Sequence record: PV593634.1
DNA: 64,000 bases
Strand: one strand, 5' to 3'
Below the pieces are notes generated by a model, which worked only from the letters and a program-made list of their open reading frames with translations, was not told the DNA's origin and did not search any database. Below are positions 55,467 to 64,000 of this stretch, one piece after another (positions within the stretch are counted from its first letter, which is position 1; every line of letters begins with the position of its first letter). The position numbers and the translations under genes were made by a program.

Positions 55467-56342
55467 ATGTCTGCCATGGTGCAAAACTTAATCACTCTGA
55501 TCGAACTGGATATGGAAACCTCTGCTGAGGAAAAACAATATCTTCCTCTGGAATCTCTGTTCGAATACAAACCACCGTTCGTAACACTGGTCATCAGCAA
55601 CACTCTAATTCATCAAGAACGTGGTGAAGAAAAAGCAGCCGAGATGGAAGTGCGTCTCAAAGAGCTGGGTATCGAAACGCGTAAACACTGTGGGGATCTG
55701 TATCAGGAGTATGTAAACCATCAACACGTGGTTTTGGTTGCAACTCTGTCAGGTTGGTATATCTATAAAGCACGTGGTAGCATGGGCGCATCCGGTAACC
55801 TGGTTCATTACCATGAACCTGACAAAGGTCTGAGTTACGAACAGTGTCTCAAAATCAATGTCAACAAGCAAACCGAAGTATTCACCCAGGTTCCTATGAG
55901 TGAAGCTGAAAAGGAAACTCTGGTTAAAAAGATCAATGACCAGGTCGAGGAATTGAAAAGCATGGTCGCTAACTCGGTCCATCTTAAAGAAGTTCTGGAT
56001 AACGTTGAAGGTCGGAGTATTTTGATTCAACGTATCAATGACGATCGTTACTCAACAAAGATTACCGGTCGCGTACTTGATCTGATGCGTAACATTTTTG
56101 ATCGTAAAGAGGGGCATAAAGTAACTGTGATTCAGCTGGATGAACAACAGAAAAGTCCGGTATCCGATTACCTGACTAACTGTATTGTACTGACGGTTTA
56201 TCCCGAGTGCGTGATTGTCGACAAAGCTCGTGGCACCACTTGCGAGTTCGAAGGTAAATCCGTTATTCTGCAACCACATATTGTAATGACTGCCTCTCAG
56301 TATAAACTACTGACCGGTAAAGACATCCACGAAGAACTGTAA
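55467..56342 (+). CDS. hypothetical protein
   Basis: 291-aa ORF, GAGGG SD. Confidence 0.85.
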   Translation: MSAMVQNLITLIELDMETSAEEKQYLPLESLFEYKPPFVTLVISNTLIHQERGEEKAAEMEVRLKELGIETRKHCGDLYQEYVNHQHVVLVATLSGWYIYKARGSMGASGNLVHYHEPDKGLSYEQCLKINVNKQTEVFTQVPMSEAEKETLVKKINDQVEELKSMVANSVHLKEVLDNVEGRSILIQRINDDRYSTKITGRVLDLMRNIFDRKEGHKVTVIQLDEQQKSPVSDYLTNCIVLTVYPECVIVDKARGTTCEFEGKSVILQPHIVMTASQYKLLTGKDIHEEL

Positions 56343-56356
56343 TAAGGAATAAGTAA

Positions 56357-56737
56357 ATGACAACCGTATCCACCCCTCGTATTCAAACCACCCGCATAAC
56401 TCTGCTGGGTGATGGTAATCTGCGTTTCAACGATTCCAAACATATAACCATTATCAAGGTTACTTCTGAAAAGCACGACCTAACCGAGATGGTTGGTAAA
56501 GATCGTACCGTAACCCCAGTAACCGGAAATATCCAGCGTTCGGCTGAGATGCGCATTGCGGGCACTACCGTATTCCGTTTTACATACAACTCTCGTACCG
56601 GTAACTTTGCTTGGGAAGTTGGTCAGAACTGTGAAGTCACCATTGAGTTCCAATCAGATCGCGCTAGCTTTCTAGCTGATCCAGCTCGTACGCCAGGTCA
56701 GATTGATCCTATATCTGAAATGATCGGTAATCAGTAA
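56357..56737 (+). CDS. hypothetical beta-rich protein
   Basis: 126-aa ORF, TAAGGA SD. Confidence 0.8.
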   Translation: MTTVSTPRIQTTRITLLGDGNLRFNDSKHITIIKVTSEKHDLTEMVGKDRTVTPVTGNIQRSAEMRIAGTTVFRFTYNSRTGNFAWEVGQNCEVTIEFQSDRASFLADPARTPGQIDPISEMIGNQ

Positions 56738-56785
56738 TCTTTAGTAGTTAACACAAACCCAATTTAATATAAGGAATAAAGAACA

Positions 56786-57223
56786 ATGTCTACCAACAAA
56801 ACTTTCGGTAAAGTAATCGACGCTCAAATCGCAGAACTGGTGAAGGGTGCTGAGATCCATAAAGAAACTCACCACATCGCGTTTAAAGAGTTCAGTACCG
56901 ATGAGGGTATTACCAAAGAAACTCTGAAAACTCATATCGACTTTATTAACCGTACTGGCATGGCTGTTGAAGCAGCGACCTTCCAGATCGCCAAAGAACA
57001 ATTCCCGGAAACCAAAGTGGAAGCCTGGGATGGTCGTCTGGAACTGTTCGAAGGTCTGACTGTAAGTTCTGATGTGCATCTGCGTGAAGTGGTTGGGGAA
57101 GATACCATCTATGGTACAACTCAAACCTTCATCGATCACCCTCACTCTCAGGAAATGGTTGATTGGTATTCTGCGTTCCGTGACCGTAACGTAGAGCTGG
57201 CGACAAATCTGTTTAAAGACTAA
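56786..57223 (+). CDS. hypothetical protein, probably highly expressed
   Basis: 145-aa ORF, TAAGGA SD, strong codon bias. Confidence 0.85.
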   Translation: MSTNKTFGKVIDAQIAELVKGAEIHKETHHIAFKEFSTDEGITKETLKTHIDFINRTGMAVEAATFQIAKEQFPETKVEAWDGRLELFEGLTVSSDVHLREVVGEDTIYGTTQTFIDHPHSQEMVDWYSAFRDRNVELATNLFKD

Positions 57224-57231
57224 TCCCAGTG

Positions 57232-57257
57232 CCTCTCTTGGGAATTCCCAAGAGAGG
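57232..57257. terminator. perfect 26-bp palindrome
   Basis: CCTCTCTTGGGAATTCCCAAGAGAGG. Confidence 0.75.
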
Positions 57258-57290
57258 TTTACCGTTCATCATTTTTAATTTGGTTAGGGA

Positions 57291-57821
57291 ATGAATAGAA
57301 AAGCAGAACGCATTATGCTAGGCGGTGAAAATAGTGCTGATTGTATTCTTTTCAATCACACTTGGATATCTGTGGGAAGTCCCGATGGAGAAGGGGATTA
57401 TCAACAAATACCAGATTGCGAATTGCGCTTTCACTTAGGGACACGTCCTGTGATACTTCATAACAACACTTCTGATTGTGAAGTGGATTTGTCATTGAAG
57501 GAGTACGTCGATAAGCTTGAACTAATTGCAAAGATGGTTAAACAATTACTTAAACACTTTGAAGAGAAACCTGAAGAGAATTTCCTCATTAGAGATTTCT
57601 TAAATCCGTACAAAACTGAAGGTCGTTTATTCGGTGGTACGATGTTGCTACATTACAACCATAAATATAAATCCGTTACCTTTGATATTTGCGACTGTTC
57701 TGTTAAGAATCGTAAAGCATTTAGCAAAGAGTCGTTCGGGTTCTTCGCTGATAAGCTCCTCTATCTGATAGAGCAAGCTGTTCATCACGTAGCTGAAATT
57801 AGAAAGGAATTAAAACTGTGA
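57291..57821 (+). CDS. paralog family member A
   Basis: shares F.LG..I.LH, Y..KL.LI, FLN and I.DC..K.R motifs with 57818 and 59174. Confidence 0.85.
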   Translation: MNRKAERIMLGGENSADCILFNHTWISVGSPDGEGDYQQIPDCELRFHLGTRPVILHNNTSDCEVDLSLKEYVDKLELIAKMVKQLLKHFEEKPEENFLIRDFLNPYKTEGRLFGGTMLLHYNHKYKSVTFDICDCSVKNRKAFSKESFGFFADKLLYLIEQAVHHVAEIRKELKL

Positions 57822-58378
57822 AGAAAGAAATCCATAAGAAAGCACGGCGCTTAATGTTATCTCCCGCTCCAGATATGCGTGGCTTCGTATCCCTGGTTAA
57901 AATCTTTAATGTATATGACGATAACCGTATAGGGTCGATTACTAAACGCGAGATCTTTGCTCAGGTTGGATTCAACTTGGGTAACGGTTTAATCAGCATA
58001 CATAATGAACCGTCATGGGGTGGGCGTAATGGGGAACGTAAGTTTGATCAGTATATGTCCAAGATTCGTTTACTTCGCGGTATGGTAACAGATGCAATCA
58101 TCCATATCAAAACCAAAGACCCTACCCGTTGGCATGAACGTGAATGGTTAAACGACATGGGTGATGGAAACAACTATGGTTCCTCATTCGCCATCGATAT
58201 CCCGGCTACTGATTCACCAACTGCTGGGTTCTGTGTTCTGGAGATCTCGGACTGCAATAAGAAAGTCCGTATCCAACCTGGTCGTAAAGAACTGATGCGT
58301 ATTCTGAAGAAAATGGATAGGCATCTTGAGCAACATTATGAAGATTGCAAAGAAGGGGAGAAGAAATGGAAATGGTAA
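57818..58378 (+). CDS. paralog family member B
   Basis: same motifs; GTGA overlap with upstream gene. Confidence 0.85.
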   Translation: MKKEIHKKARRLMLSPAPDMRGFVSLVKIFNVYDDNRIGSITKREIFAQVGFNLGNGLISIHNEPSWGGRNGERKFDQYMSKIRLLRGMVTDAIIHIKTKDPTRWHEREWLNDMGDGNNYGSSFAIDIPATDSPTAGFCVLEISDCNKKVRIQPGRKELMRILKKMDRHLEQHYEDCKEGEKKWKW

Positions 58379-58815
58379 ATGTAAAAGAAGCGACTGGGTT
58401 TACTTCAACTATCGATCCTGATCATCCGTATGCGTTATATAAACACTTCTCACAGTTTCGTGTTCACGTACACGGTACAATCAAATCTAAGCGTGCTCCT
58501 GAGCTTGTTTATCGCGACATCGATAGAACGTTAGCTCGAATCGCTAAATCGATTACAAGAGGTTACACGCTGTCTAATGAGGCACGTTTATTTGAAACCG
58601 AATATCGTCCTTATCCGTATTTCGAAATAACCTGGTCTGAAATTAATAACCCACGGAATATGCACGTTGAGATATCTCGTGGTGATATGAAACTGGTCAT
58701 TACTCAGGAGAACTTTCAGAAGTTCTTTATCTGGGCTTGTAAGTGGAATATCGAGAAACCTTTTAACTTGCTTGAGTGTGAAGACTTCGAGCGTTTCTAT
58801 ATGAGATGGTGGTAA
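58345..58815 (+). CDS. hypothetical protein (start may be 58366-58372)
   Basis: 156-aa ORF in coupled operon. Confidence 0.75.
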   Translation: MQRRGEEMEMVNVKEATGFTSTIDPDHPYALYKHFSQFRVHVHGTIKSKRAPELVYRDIDRTLARIAKSITRGYTLSNEARLFETEYRPYPYFEITWSEINNPRNMHVEISRGDMKLVITQENFQKFFIWACKWNIEKPFNLLECEDFERFYMRWW

Positions 58816-58816
58816 C

Positions 58817-59170
58817 ATGACCGAGCAAGAACAAAAGACCTTTAATGAAAACCTGAACACTTTACGTCATCGTGTTCATATACTAGCTAAAGCTAAACGT
58901 CCTTTGGAAAATCTGTGGCCGAAGATTGATGACGAGTTTAAACGACTGGCTAATGCATTGGAGAACGAGAAAGGTTCTTCTAAGTCATATCGTTTACTGT
59001 TGGTCAACTTTGATACCATGAAAAATGGTTGGGTGACAGTATCGGCTAAAGACGGGTTTACTATCCGTCTGTGGATGATGAAGAAAGCAGCGTTCCGTTC
59101 TTGGGTTAACCTGGATCCGGAATCTAAAAATCATCGGACCCGTACATTTACCCGTAACCAAAAAGGTTAA
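58817..59170 (+). CDS. hypothetical protein
   Basis: 117-aa ORF in coupled operon. Confidence 0.8.
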   Translation: MTEQEQKTFNENLNTLRHRVHILAKAKRPLENLWPKIDDEFKRLANALENEKGSSKSYRLLLVNFDTMKNGWVTVSAKDGFTIRLWMMKKAAFRSWVNLDPESKNHRTRTFTRNQKG

Positions 59171-59173
59171 TCA

Positions 59174-59776
59174 ATGGCGTGGCTAAAACGCACACATAAA
59201 AGGGATTGGTTACAACGCACTCCCTATTTAAATGCCGTAGGGTTTACTCACGAGCTAAGTAACCAGACTCGTTGGGAAGTTAAACCTGAGTCCATGGACA
59301 AAGATCCAAACAAGATGACTTGGGCTGACGACTATTATCCTTACGAAGAGATAGTCGCTACGTTTGAGTTATTCTTTTCGATTGGATCTGAAATGATTAA
59401 GCTGCATGCTAATGACTTTATCGGTCCTAACGATGCGCTTAAGGACTATGTTCGTAAACTTGTTTTAATCCGCGATAACATACAAGCGTTTATACGCGAT
59501 TATAAGCCGTTCTTTGAAAAGGACAAGCCATTTATCATCAAGGAGTTCTTGAACGGCTCTGAGGGGCCCTCAGCGATCTATACGAGCACTGTGGCTATCT
59601 CTTGTTCTACAACTCATAACTTCTTCTTTGAAATTGCTTCTTGTGATGATAAAGCAAGAATGTACTTCGATAAGGAGAAAGACTTCTTAGAGATGTTGAT
59701 CAAGCTTCAGAAGTTCATGACATCGGCAATCACTGACGCCAAGACTACCATGGATACTTATAAGGGTAGGCTTTAG
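59174..59776 (+). CDS. paralog family member C
   Basis: FFSIGSEMIKLH, DYVRKLVLI, IKEFLN, FEIASCDDKAR. Confidence 0.85.
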   Translation: MAWLKRTHKRDWLQRTPYLNAVGFTHELSNQTRWEVKPESMDKDPNKMTWADDYYPYEEIVATFELFFSIGSEMIKLHANDFIGPNDALKDYVRKLVLIRDNIQAFIRDYKPFFEKDKPFIIKEFLNGSEGPSAIYTSTVAISCSTTHNFFFEIASCDDKARMYFDKEKDFLEMLIKLQKFMTSAITDAKTTMDTYKGRL

Positions 59777-59788
59777 TTGGATGAAATC

Positions 59789-59819
59789 TTAGGTATACAT
59801 TATCTACATGTATACCTAA
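59789..59819. promoter_or_regulatory. 11-bp inverted repeat overlapping promoter-like motif
   Basis: TTAGGTATACA-TTATCTACA-TGTATACCTAA. Confidence 0.55.
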
Positions 59820-59843
59820 ACACTTTTAATTAGAGGATTTACC

Positions 59844-60338
59844 ATGAATCGTTTTATCGTTAAAGTTCTGTTAGCTGTAGCCCTGGTTGGTTTCGCATTT
59901 ACTGTTGAAGCTAAAGGCTGGGTTCTGGATGCAGATACCCCAGAATACATGTCGATCTCCAACAAAGGAGATCTGGGCGGTGTGTTAGTATTGGCCTGTG
60001 AAAAGAAAACCGGTGAAGCTAACTTGTACTACGCCAAAGGCGGAACAGCTCTGGATTTCTTTATGGTGCGTAATTTCGGTGACACAACTGAAAACCATCG
60101 TACTAAGCTGATTATCGGTTCTGGTCTGAATAGCCAACAGGATATTTATTATCAGATCCTCCGTAACAACGAAGGGTTCACCGTTCATGGTTATGAACTG
60201 GGATCACAAAAAGAATGGCAAGATGCCGTAGCACATGGTCGCGAGCCAAATCTTAAAATGGTGATCACCGAATCTTTCCTGGCTAGTGAGACTGTTCAAA
60301 TTCTCATTACTCAAATGTCTCGTAGCTGCAAATTCTAA
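59844..60338 (+). CDS. exported two-Cys protein 1
   Basis: Sec signal peptide (..TVEA-K); LVLAC and C-terminal SRSCKF. Confidence 0.85.
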   Translation: MNRFIVKVLLAVALVGFAFTVEAKGWVLDADTPEYMSISNKGDLGGVLVLACEKKTGEANLYYAKGGTALDFFMVRNFGDTTENHRTKLIIGSGLNSQQDIYYQILRNNEGFTVHGYELGSQKEWQDAVAHGREPNLKMVITESFLASETVQILITQMSRSCKF

Positions 60339-60364
60339 TTCAACTTTAAAGAGAGAACTTAATC

Positions 60365-60985
60365 ATGACTCTGTCACCTTTCACTATCTTCATCTGGTTG
60401 TTCCTGGTATTCGGTGGACTGTTCGGTCTGAGCAATGCTGATGCTGCGTCTTACGACATCAAAGAGATTCCAGAGCCTAGCTTTGTAATCGCTGAGCGTA
60501 TCAGTGTTGGTACGGATAAAGTAATGAACGATATTACTGACGTAACCATTTCCACTAATGCGGGTGGTAATACACAACGCTTTATATTCCAGTGTGATAA
60601 GACTACTGAGTCTTTGAACATCTTTTACAACATCAAAGACACTACGGGCTACAAGGCTCGTGGTGCGACTGGAATGGCTATTACTGTATATCGCGGTAAC
60701 GAAACCAATTACAAACAAAACGGTATTGGATCCATATTCCAAACCGAAGAACAAGGACGCAATTTCTTAACCGCTTTACAAAGCGCAGCAGAAGCAGCAG
60801 GCAAAGGCATTATCGTATTTGAGTTCTACGAGTTATTGACCGATGGGACACGTTCAACTATCGCATACTCTCAGGGTATCAAGACTGAAGAGTTTGTTCG
60901 TATTGTTAACGCTATCGATAAAGTGCAAGGCAAAGAAGTCTGCAACATCGATAGTGGTTTCGCTCATTTAGCAACTTTGAAATAA
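60365..60985 (+). CDS. exported two-Cys protein 2
   Basis: signal peptide (..NADA-A); FIFQC and KEVC. Confidence 0.85.
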   Translation: MTLSPFTIFIWLFLVFGGLFGLSNADAASYDIKEIPEPSFVIAERISVGTDKVMNDITDVTISTNAGGNTQRFIFQCDKTTESLNIFYNIKDTTGYKARGATGMAITVYRGNETNYKQNGIGSIFQTEEQGRNFLTALQSAAEAAGKGIIVFEFYELLTDGTRSTIAYSQGIKTEEFVRIVNAIDKVQGKEVCNIDSGFAHLATLK

Positions 60986-60995
60986 GGACTTAGAA

Positions 60996-61472
60996 ATGAA
61001 AGCTTTTATCATCGCAGTACTGTTAGTTATCGCAATGCCTCTGCAAGCTAAGATCAATCCGAAGGATGACGTGGTTCAGTTCATGCCTATGGCTAATGGT
61101 AGTTATGCGTTCTCACTGCGTTGTGTAGCTCCAGGTAAGAGCAAAGCTTACGGTTGGGAGATTCTTCCTGGGTCTGGTAATAAAGATTCCCTTTCTGAAA
61201 TGAAACTGTTCTTTGGTGTCTACTTCAAAGGACAGGGTTTCCCTCAGGTATGGCAAGAAGTTAAACCAGCTATGAAGCATATGACCAGTCTGGTTAATAA
61301 TGCCGATATCTTAGTTGGCCCTAAAGCTAAAGGTAACATGATGGTATTCGGTATTGGTCGCAATGCTGAAGAAGCCAAGAAGAATCATGTTACAATCAAA
61401 CCAGGTAGTGATCTTAGTCGTTATCGTGATGTAGTATTTGGATATCATGATTGTTCTAAGATCGTTAAGTAA
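60996..61472 (+). CDS. exported two-Cys protein 3
   Basis: signal peptide (..PLQA-K); FSLRC and YHDC. Confidence 0.85.
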   Translation: MKAFIIAVLLVIAMPLQAKINPKDDVVQFMPMANGSYAFSLRCVAPGKSKAYGWEILPGSGNKDSLSEMKLFFGVYFKGQGFPQVWQEVKPAMKHMTSLVNNADILVGPKAKGNMMVFGIGRNAEEAKKNHVTIKPGSDLSRYRDVVFGYHDCSKIVK

Positions 61473-61517
61473 TTTATTTAAATTAGCCTAATCGGCTGAA
61501 CCCCCTACCCCCAATAT

Positions 61518-62270
61518 ATGAAGGAAATAGTAATGAAAAACATTATCGCTAAAGCAATGGCTGTTGTAGTTATGTCTCTGGCTCTGGTAGCTTGTAAAGA
61601 AGATAAGAACACTATCGACATGACCGATCCGAAGTACGGTGTGAACGTGGCTGAAGTGAAAGAAGAGATGTACGGTCCTGTTATCTCTCAGCCAGGCGTA
61701 GCTGTTAAACCTAAGATCGCTCGTGGTACTATGGGCGATGGTATCAGCATGGTCATGATTGCTTCCCGCAATCCTAAACCTCAGGTTATCACGGTTATGT
61801 GTGAAGCTCGTACCAAACTGTGGGGCATCGGTCATACAGTGGATAACATGAACGGCATGGGTGGTGTCGGTTCTTACGATAAGAACGAAGATCCTACCTA
61901 TGCTGAAATGAGTATCTATAACTTCCGTAAAGGCACCACAGAGATCCGTGAGCAGGATGAATTCATCGAACCTATTATGTCCACGGCTAATGGTAACGGT
62001 GATATCTACGGCACTCTGAAGGCTCTGGATAAACTTGATCGTGAATCCGTTATTGCTTTCGCGTTCGAACTCCCGGATGCAGAAGGTAAAGCCTATGTTC
62101 ACGGTTGGTCTCAGTTATACAAAGTTGGTGATCTCGTAGACGGTCTGAAGAAACTGGATCTGTCCGACTGTGCGGGTACTCGTATGGAATCCGAAGTTCC
62201 TGAAATTCATTATACTCCGGTATCTGAAATGATGGAAGCGGCTCGTGCTATGCAAGAACGTACTAAATAA
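61518..62270 (+). CDS. lipoprotein, two-Cys family member 4
   Basis: lipobox LVA-C; ITVMC and LSDC. Confidence 0.85.
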   Translation: MKEIVMKNIIAKAMAVVVMSLALVACKEDKNTIDMTDPKYGVNVAEVKEEMYGPVISQPGVAVKPKIARGTMGDGISMVMIASRNPKPQVITVMCEARTKLWGIGHTVDNMNGMGGVGSYDKNEDPTYAEMSIYNFRKGTTEIREQDEFIEPIMSTANGNGDIYGTLKALDKLDRESVIAFAFELPDAEGKAYVHGWSQLYKVGDLVDGLKKLDLSDCAGTRMESEVPEIHYTPVSEMMEAARAMQERTK

Positions 62271-62275
62271 CTAAG

Positions 62276-62294
62276 TGGGGACTTTTGGTCCCCA
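62276..62294 (+). terminator. hairpin
   Basis: TGGGGAC-TTTTG-GTCCCCA. Confidence 0.6.
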
Positions 62295-62373
62295 TTCATT
62301 TATACTAATATTTTTTGTCATCAAGACAGCTATTATTAGTATAAACGAAAACAACACGCAAGAGGATGAGTAT

Positions 62374-63081
62374 ATGAAATGCGAAGCTTTGACTGAAGAG
62401 GAAGCCAAAGTTCAGGCAGACAAGGATTGGGCTCAGTTGTTCGGATACAAAATGCAGAAAGATCTGCTGCGTTATTGTGTTTGGTCTATCTCCCTTAACG
62501 ACGTCGCTCATAACCTGGGCCATGTTTGGGATGTTTGTAAGCTGGGCATTAGCATGGCTGAACAACTGGAACTAAACGAACGAGATACGATGCTGGTAAA
62601 CCTAGGTTGTTTACTCCACGACATAGGTTGTCGCTATGAACGTAAGCATCATCATTTGATAGGATATGGGCTAGTCTATGAACTCATTGGGCGTTACTGT
62701 CCAGGGATGTTTACGGATGAAGAACTATTGACTGTCGCGACCGCGGTACTCGAACACCGTAGTAGTAATCCGAATAAGCCTACAAATTTAATCAGTAGCA
62801 TTGTCAGTGTTGCTGATTCGGGAACACCAGATTTCGATAAGTATATCCGACGTGCTGTTCAGTTCCGTATGAAGAACAACCATCCACCGGAAACCTTAGT
62901 CGAAGATACCTACAAGCACCTATTGGAAAAGTTTGGTGTTGAAGGTTATCACTGGAAGAGTTATCCTGATGTTGGTATGACTTTATTTAAGTTCGAGTGG
63001 GAACTGTTTACCGAATTACTCTACGATGACAAACATACACTGTCTCGTATAAAGGAGACATACGTTTCACTTGGAGGTTAG
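62374..63081 (+). CDS. HD-domain phosphohydrolase (track start 62275)
   Basis: AHNLGH, LLHDIG, HHLIG, VLEHRS, VADS; GAGGA SD before ATG 62374. Confidence 0.88.
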   Translation: MKCEALTEEEAKVQADKDWAQLFGYKMQKDLLRYCVWSISLNDVAHNLGHVWDVCKLGISMAEQLELNERDTMLVNLGCLLHDIGCRYERKHHHLIGYGLVYELIGRYCPGMFTDEELLTVATAVLEHRSSNPNKPTNLISSIVSVADSGTPDFDKYIRRAVQFRMKNNHPPETLVEDTYKHLLEKFGVEGYHWKSYPDVGMTLFKFEWELFTELLYDDKHTLSRIKETYVSLGG

Positions 63082-63541
63082 GGTGGACATTACGTTATTC
63101 AATGTCGTACTAACTGGCGGGTTAATGTGTGTTATATTCCTTATTATGTTTGGCGGGATATGGTGGCTTATTCACGATCAACCAATTAACGAGGAACGAT
63201 TTAGTTGGCATCAACTGGTTAAGAATAGTTTCCATGTCTCGATCATTGATAAGGACGGTAAATCTCACACCGCTGACATACACTATAACGTTAAAACCAA
63301 CAAAGCCACATGCCGTACTAAGAAAGAAAGAAGGTTACAAATCTATCTACCGGAAGGGTTCACCAGAAAAGAGTTCTTTGACTTTGCTGGTGGGCTTAAC
63401 GATATAGACGGAACTCTTAGGGCGGTTATTCGAAGCGTTAAAGAGGAAAAGCTTATTGAGGAATTTGGTTTCTCTAAAGCTGATGTTTCTACTTATCGAG
63501 AGTTTAAACGTTACCTCTTATTAAAGGCTCTTAGATCATGA
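63071..63541 (+). CDS. N-terminally anchored membrane protein
   Basis: single N-terminal TM. Confidence 0.7.
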   Translation: MEVRVDITLFNVVLTGGLMCVIFLIMFGGIWWLIHDQPINEERFSWHQLVKNSFHVSIIDKDGKSHTADIHYNVKTNKATCRTKKERRLQIYLPEGFTRKEFFDFAGGLNDIDGTLRAVIRSVKEEKLIEEFGFSKADVSTYREFKRYLLLKALRS

Positions 63542-63933
63542 ACTTTGCTATGTTCGTCGTTATCTTTATTCTTGCTATCTACTTAGGTATGATGATCTTG
63601 AATGTTGATACCGGCAAAATAACGTCTGAGTTTGTTGCAGGTAGTTTGGTGATTAAATATCGTGGAGAGCGCATAATCTTTACTAAGCACTTTGATCTTG
63701 AAGAGATCATGTTCTTTGATGATGGTTATGTTGAGAAAGTCTCGTTACCTAGAAAGGGTGTTAAGGAAGACGTTTACAAATACTTCAAGGATAATGAGAA
63801 AGCCTCCGATACACTACAACTACTCACTAACTGGAAAGCTGGCGATTGCGCATTTGTGAGATTCGACCCACTATGTGCTAAAGGTCTGATAGCAGCTCAG
63901 ATCAAGTTATCCGTGTTCTGTGAAAAAGATTAA
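63538..63933 (+). CDS. N-terminally anchored membrane protein
   Basis: single N-terminal TM; ATGA overlap. Confidence 0.75.
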   Translation: MNFAMFVVIFILAIYLGMMILNVDTGKITSEFVAGSLVIKYRGERIIFTKHFDLEEIMFFDDGYVEKVSLPRKGVKEDVYKYFKDNEKASDTLQLLTNWKAGDCAFVRFDPLCAKGLIAAQIKLSVFCEKD

Positions 63934-63936
63934 GCA

Positions 63937-63979
63937 AACATAAACCCCTACCCCTCCTTTCGGAGTGGGTAGGGTTATG
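63937..63979. terminator. conserved hairpin, copy 6
   Basis: CCCTACCCCTCC-TTTC-GGAGTGGGTAGGG-TTATG. Confidence 0.85.
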
Positions 63980-64000
63980 CTTATGCACTATTTTATTTTA

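Noticed and set aside
1004-63979. CCCTACCC hairpins as CRISPR repeats or IS ends
   Set aside because: Copies are kilobases apart with no regular spacers, and no cas or transposase genes or target duplications were seen.
1-64000. tRNA, rRNA or riboswitch genes
   Set aside because: No intergenic gap contains a cloverleaf (T-loop GTTCGA plus acceptor stem) or a known aptamer pattern by eye.

Overview
64 kb of an AT-rich, gene-dense jumbo phage genome of the phiKZ-like (nucleus-forming, Chimalliviridae-type) group. It is most like the Pseudomonas phage OBP branch, judged by a GroEL-like chaperonin and a PG-binding/GH19 endolysin placed directly after the virion RNA polymerase beta gene. The left third is an early/accessory region: thyA, DHFR, tdk, HAD and calcineurin-like phosphatases, two GNATs, ClpP, GroEL and small membrane proteins. 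The centre is a conserved virion/core block: RNase H-like, SNF2 helicase, RecA/UvsX-like, four virion RNAP subunits, tail hub protein, a 2424-aa tape-measure/GH19 protein, endolysin and prohead protease. The right quarter is accessory: a putative ADP-ribosyltransferase, a degenerate protease paralog, a tandem intracellular paralog family, four exported two-cysteine proteins and an HD hydrolase. Non-coding structure includes a six-copy conserved hairpin at convergent gene junctions and a recurring promoter-like motif. The most intriguing candidates are a T4 gp16-like (small terminase-like) ORF, an R-S-E ART next to the head protease, several pseudo-enzymes, and the exported disulfide paralog operon. 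No tRNA, rRNA, CRISPR array, intron or IS element was recognised. All family assignments come from motif reading and recalled sequences, not database searches.
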